From an uncultured Candidatus Saccharibacteria bacterium (GTDB taxonomy: Bacteria; Patescibacteriota; Minisyncoccia; Phycocordibacterales; SIBU01), in the NCBI GenBank assembly GCA_964430335.1, contig CAYSEN010000002.1, positions 1 to 47,183 of the forward strand: 47,183 bases of DNA, given 5' to 3'. The position numbers and the translations under genes are program-made. Shown here piece after piece: positions 44,248 through 47,183 of the stretch (position 1 is the stretch's first letter; each line of letters begins with the position of its first letter). The notes under the pieces are model-generated. The model saw only the letters and a list, made by a program, of their open reading frames with translations. It searched no databases and was not told the DNA's origin.

Positions 44248-45471
44248 ATGTCCAAAAAAATCATAGAGGAAGACATCGCAAGAATAGCAAAAGGTTTGGG
44301 AACAGATGCCAAAAAATTTGAGGGCAAAACTATTTTCATTTCTGGAGGAGGAGGTTTTTTGGGGAAATATTTGATTGGCACACTTTGCTATTTAAATGAC
44401 AATGTTCTCAAAACTCCTTGCCGAATTATTTCAGTAGACAACTTTATTACCGGACGACCTCATCCACATTTTAATTACAAAGGTAGACCAGACATTTTGG
44501 AAGTTTGGGGAGATATTACCCAACCTCTTCCTGTTCGTGAACCACTTCATTACATTGTCCACGCTGCTGGACTAGCTTCTCCTGTCTATTACAAAAAATA
44601 CCCACTTGAGACCATCGATAGCGCCGTAACGGGAGTTAGACATCTTTTGGAATTAGCAAAGAAAAACAAAGAAACAGTAGAGGGTTTCCTATTCTTCAGT
44701 TCAAGTGAAATTTACGGTGATCCAGACGAAAAGGCAGTGCCTACACCAGAGACTTATCACGGATATGTCTCTTCAGTCGGTCCACGTGCTTGCTACGACG
44801 AATCAAAGAGATTAGGAGAAACGATCACAACAATTTACAACGAACAGTTCGATGTACCGGGGAAAATTGTTCGACCATTCAACGTATTCGGACCAGGAAT
44901 GGGACATAACGACAAGAGAGTTCTGCCGATGTTTGCTTACAAGGCGCTAAACAAAGAAACTATTCCGGTACACGGAGATGGTCACCAAACCAGGACTTTC
45001 TGTTACATTACCGACGCGGTGACAGGATTCCTAAAAGTTCTACTTATCGGCCAACCAGGACATGCGTACAACATTGGAAATGAAGACAATGAGATTTCAA
45101 TGGCTGATCTTGCAAAAATGTTTGTCGACATTGAAGGTGGAGGAGCTTCATTTGAGCTAATTCCCTACCCAGAAAATTATCCTGCTGGTGAACCACAGAG
45201 AAGATGTCCTGACCTAAAAAAGGCAAAAGATCATCTAAAATATAATCCTGAAATGTCACTTCGAGAGGGATTAACACGATTTATCGAATGGTGCAGAAAT
45301 GACGAAACTTATATAGATCAAAGCAAGAGAACAGCCACCAAGACTACTCCGGAAAATAAACCGGAGAGCAAAAAAGCTGTCATCTCCAATAAAAAAATAA
45401 AAACGGCTAAAAAAGCTTCTCAAAAATCAAAAGCAAAGCCTAAAGCAAAATCACGTCGCGGTAAAAAATAA
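44248..45471 (+). CDS. UDP-glucuronate decarboxylase-like extended SDR with a ~55-aa Lys-rich C-terminal tail
   Basis: IFISGGGGFLGKYL, YDESKRLGE (YxxxK) and GDGHQTRTFCYITDAV resemble UXS/ArnA-type enzymes. The tail ends KKAVISNKKIKTAKKASQKSKAKPKAKSRRGKK. Confidence 0.7.
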   Translation: MSKKIIEEDIARIAKGLGTDAKKFEGKTIFISGGGGFLGKYLIGTLCYLNDNVLKTPCRIISVDNFITGRPHPHFNYKGRPDILEVWGDITQPLPVREPLHYIVHAAGLASPVYYKKYPLETIDSAVTGVRHLLELAKKNKETVEGFLFFSSSEIYGDPDEKAVPTPETYHGYVSSVGPRACYDESKRLGETITTIYNEQFDVPGKIVRPFNVFGPGMGHNDKRVLPMFAYKALNKETIPVHGDGHQTRTFCYITDAVTGFLKVLLIGQPGHAYNIGNEDNEISMADLAKMFVDIEGGGASFELIPYPENYPAGEPQRRCPDLKKAKDHLKYNPEMSLREGLTRFIEWCRNDETYIDQSKRTATKTTPENKPESKKAVISNKKIKTAKKASQKSKAKPKAKSRRGKK

Positions 45472-45479
45472 TTATAGTG

Positions 45480-46379
45480 ATGAAAAATATTGCAGTCATA
45501 GGCGCTGGCAAATGGGGCAAAAATATAATCTCTACCCTAGAAAAAATGAACAGGGTTAATTTGAAGTACCTCTGCGCCAGAGATCAGATATCCCTAGCGC
45601 CATTTTCAAATGAATACACGAAGCTGACAGACTGGCATGTGCTTCTTTCAAAAAATGATTTGGATGCCGTAATAATCGCTACCCCGGCTTCTACTCACAC
45701 AAGTATGGCGATCTCATTTTTGGAAAAAAATATCGCTGTGTTTGTAGAGAAGCCGATGTCTCTAAGTATTGCTGAAGCAAAAAAACTTAAAAAGGCCTCT
45801 GAAAAAAGTAAGGCGGTGTTTATGGTTGGCTATCAATATGTTTTTAATCAAAATGTTGATTTTATTAAAAAGGAGATTTTGAATAAAAAAATCGAGGCCA
45901 TTTCATTCATGAAAACCGAGCATATTAAAAGCCCGACAAGATCTGACATCGACATTTTTTGGGATGTTGCATCCCACCCACTTTCAATTTATCAACATCT
46001 TTTTGGCCAGCCGAGGATAAAATCAGTGAAAGGTAAAATGAAGCCAGACTTCGTATCGGCGGAGGTTTCGTTTGAAAATGCTCCTAAATTAAAAATTAAA
46101 GCTGCCAACGAGGGTGAAAAGAAAATTCGACAAATTGCTTTTGAGACTAAAATACAAAAAATTTTAATAGATGAGACTCTTGATGAGAAAAAATTATCGA
46201 TTAGCAAGAATGGTAAGACAAATCATCCAAAAATTGTTCAAATAGAACCGCTACTAAGTGAGCTCAATCATTTTGTAGAATGCCTAGAAAAAAACCATCC
46301 ACCTGTAACAAATATCAATTTTGGATTTCAGGTAACTGAGTGGATGGAAACTATCTGCAAGGCGCTAAAAAATAAATAG
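45480..46379 (+). CDS. Gfo/Idh/MocA-family NAD(P)-dependent sugar oxidoreductase
   Basis: IAVIGAGKWGKNII is the Rossmann motif and VFVEKPMSLSIAEAKKL is the EKP motif. Confidence 0.75.
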   Translation: MKNIAVIGAGKWGKNIISTLEKMNRVNLKYLCARDQISLAPFSNEYTKLTDWHVLLSKNDLDAVIIATPASTHTSMAISFLEKNIAVFVEKPMSLSIAEAKKLKKASEKSKAVFMVGYQYVFNQNVDFIKKEILNKKIEAISFMKTEHIKSPTRSDIDIFWDVASHPLSIYQHLFGQPRIKSVKGKMKPDFVSAEVSFENAPKLKIKAANEGEKKIRQIAFETKIQKILIDETLDEKKLSISKNGKTNHPKIVQIEPLLSELNHFVECLEKNHPPVTNINFGFQVTEWMETICKALKNK

Positions 46380-46384
46380 AAAAA

Positions 46385-46411
46385 GGTCCGGCAAGCAAAG
46401 CCTGCCGGACC
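46385..46411 (-). terminator. GC-rich hairpin between convergent genes; a T-run follows only on the minus strand
   Basis: ggtccggca ... tgccggacc forms a 9-bp stem. On the minus strand tttt follows, so it mainly serves the DUF218-like gene. Confidence 0.6.
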
Positions 46412-46417
46412 AACGAA

Positions 46418-47098
46418 TCAATTCCCCCTTCGATCGAGGTAACCCAGACACGTTCGAAATTGGACCAAAGGAAACGGCTTTGAACTCGCCGGATCTTGAT
46501 ATTTAAGGATCCTATCGAGTTCGGTACCAATGAGGCCAGCGCGGGTCTCACGCAGAGTGCCTTGAGAATGAGCAACCTCCTCTCCCCACGGAAGGGTAGC
46601 CCCTACAGCGCAATAAACCTTGATATTGGGCGCCCCTTCGTACCTACTGTTCGCAATAGCCGTAATGACCGACATGAAGGCCCTCACCATGTGAAATGGT
46701 GGGGCGACAATCACGAGATCGGGCCAACCCTCGCGCACAGCATAGTCCACCAAGGCAACCGCCTCGCTTAGGGTATTAAGCGGTTCGCTAAGAGGAACGG
46801 TGCTAATTGCAGACAAAGGAAATCCGGCCCTAGAAGCGGCGGCCTCCCATGAACAATGCCCCGTGTAGCCCGCATTGGTGCCATCCAAATCGTTAAGAAG
46901 GAAAAGCCTGAACCGTCTCGGGTTACGAGAGTAAAGAGAGTGGGCAGTGTCAATCACAGACATACGGTTGTCGTTGGTCTGTGTAAAACCATACACGGGA
47001 ATAATGCATGTATCCCCTCGGAAAAACCTCTCCGGCAAACGATCAGTCAAGGCCATCGTTGTGAGCTTGAAGAAATCCGGCAACTCCGAAGTTTCCAT
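46418..47098 (-). CDS. DUF218 (YdcF/ElyC/SanA-like) domain protein with high GC
   Basis: PLNTLSEAVALVDYAVREGWPDLVIVAPPFHMVRA resembles the DUF218 core (NT-x-E-x-A ... VT-x-x-H-M-x-RA). Hand-counted G+C is 55% at 46561-46620 and 62% at 46681-46740. Confidence 0.5.
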   Translation of the reverse strand: METSELPDFFKLTTMALTDRLPERFFRGDTCIIPVYGFTQTNDNRMSVIDTAHSLYSRNPRRFRLFLLNDLDGTNAGYTGHCSWEAAASRAGFPLSAISTVPLSEPLNTLSEAVALVDYAVREGWPDLVIVAPPFHMVRAFMSVITAIANSRYEGAPNIKVYCAVGATLPWGEEVAHSQGTLRETRAGLIGTELDRILKYQDPASSKPFPLVQFRTCLGYLDRRGN

Positions 47099-47183
47099 AT
47101 TTGTATGTTATTTGTATGTAAAGACCGAGTTTTTCAAACGAAAACCAGCTACACACGTAGCAGGTTTATCTATCCAAACTATA

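Noticed and set aside
47099-47120. Tandem 11-mer (atttgtatgtt / atttgtatgta) immediately upstream of the DUF218-like start codon.
   Set aside because: There are only two copies in AT-rich sequence at the window edge. Significance and function cannot be judged without the flanking sequence.
29461-47120. High-GC segments as an assembly chimera or contaminating contig fragment.
   Set aside because: This cannot be excluded without reads. However, there are two separate islands, each confined to a single intact gene with sensible terminators and low-GC sequence resuming on both sides. That pattern is hard to produce by misassembly. The possibility is kept as a control in the findings.
1-47183. 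Alternative genetic code (UGA recoding, as in Gracilibacteria/SR1-type CPR lineages).
   Set aside because: Standard-code translation yields full-length, well-conserved proteins (SecA 837 aa, GatB, Obg, Gmd). TGA terminates at least one gene cleanly (GT11, 41931-41933), with the next gene starting 22 nt later.

Overview
This is a compact, low-GC bacterial chromosome segment. Hand-counted 60-nt lines in typical genes give about 28-42% G+C. The standard genetic code applies: SecA and the other long ORFs are intact, and TGA acts as a stop (for example at 41931-41933). Several traits resemble Patescibacteria/CPR genomes, which is an inference rather than a database result: short housekeeping genes, A-rich leaders without Shine-Dalgarno motifs, a giant HTH-anchored surface protein and a Wzy_C-TPR protein.

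Layout:
(a) 1-2984: 5' part of a very large minus-strand surface protein with tail-fibre-like repeats. It is missing from the ORF track because it has no stop inside the window.
(b) 2985-3725: an unusually long non-coding region ending in a perfect 21-bp hairpin, followed by an IS200/RayT-like Y1 (HUH) transposase homologue.
(c) 4.4-20.8 kb: a minus-strand housekeeping block. It holds gatB, obg, a MYG1-like protein, membrane proteins, a cytidylyltransferase, an ABC-2 exporter, three NUDIX genes plus HAD and DUF1653, secA, murB, an O-antigen-ligase-like/TPR protein and a CMP-nonulosonate-synthetase-like protein.
(d) 20.9-46.4 kb: a plus-strand glycan assembly locus in two tightly packed operons. 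Operon 1 carries HTH, gmd, fcl, an SDR, wzm, wzt, a GT10-like protein, a methyltransferase, HAD and a cupin. Operon 2 carries two nucleotidyltransferases, GDPD, a NeuB fusion, DUF115, a methyltransferase, a WbdD-like methyltransferase-kinase, GT4, GT11, GT2, a C-methyltransferase, a UXS-like SDR and a Gfo/Idh/MocA oxidoreductase.
(e) Two minus-strand genes of much higher GC (about 55-63% in hand-counted lines) sit exactly at the borders of operon 2: an IMPase-family gene at 29966-30892 and a DUF218-like gene at 46418-47098.

Most interesting: the glycan system looks like an ABC-transporter-dependent, terminator-capped pathway (WbdD-like cap enzyme plus a Wzt with an extended C-terminal domain). 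It builds a fucosylated, methylated, nonulosonate-containing polymer, includes an unusual NeuB-TIM-barrel fusion, and is bracketed or interrupted by compositionally foreign genes. No rRNA, tRNA or CRISPR array was recognised.
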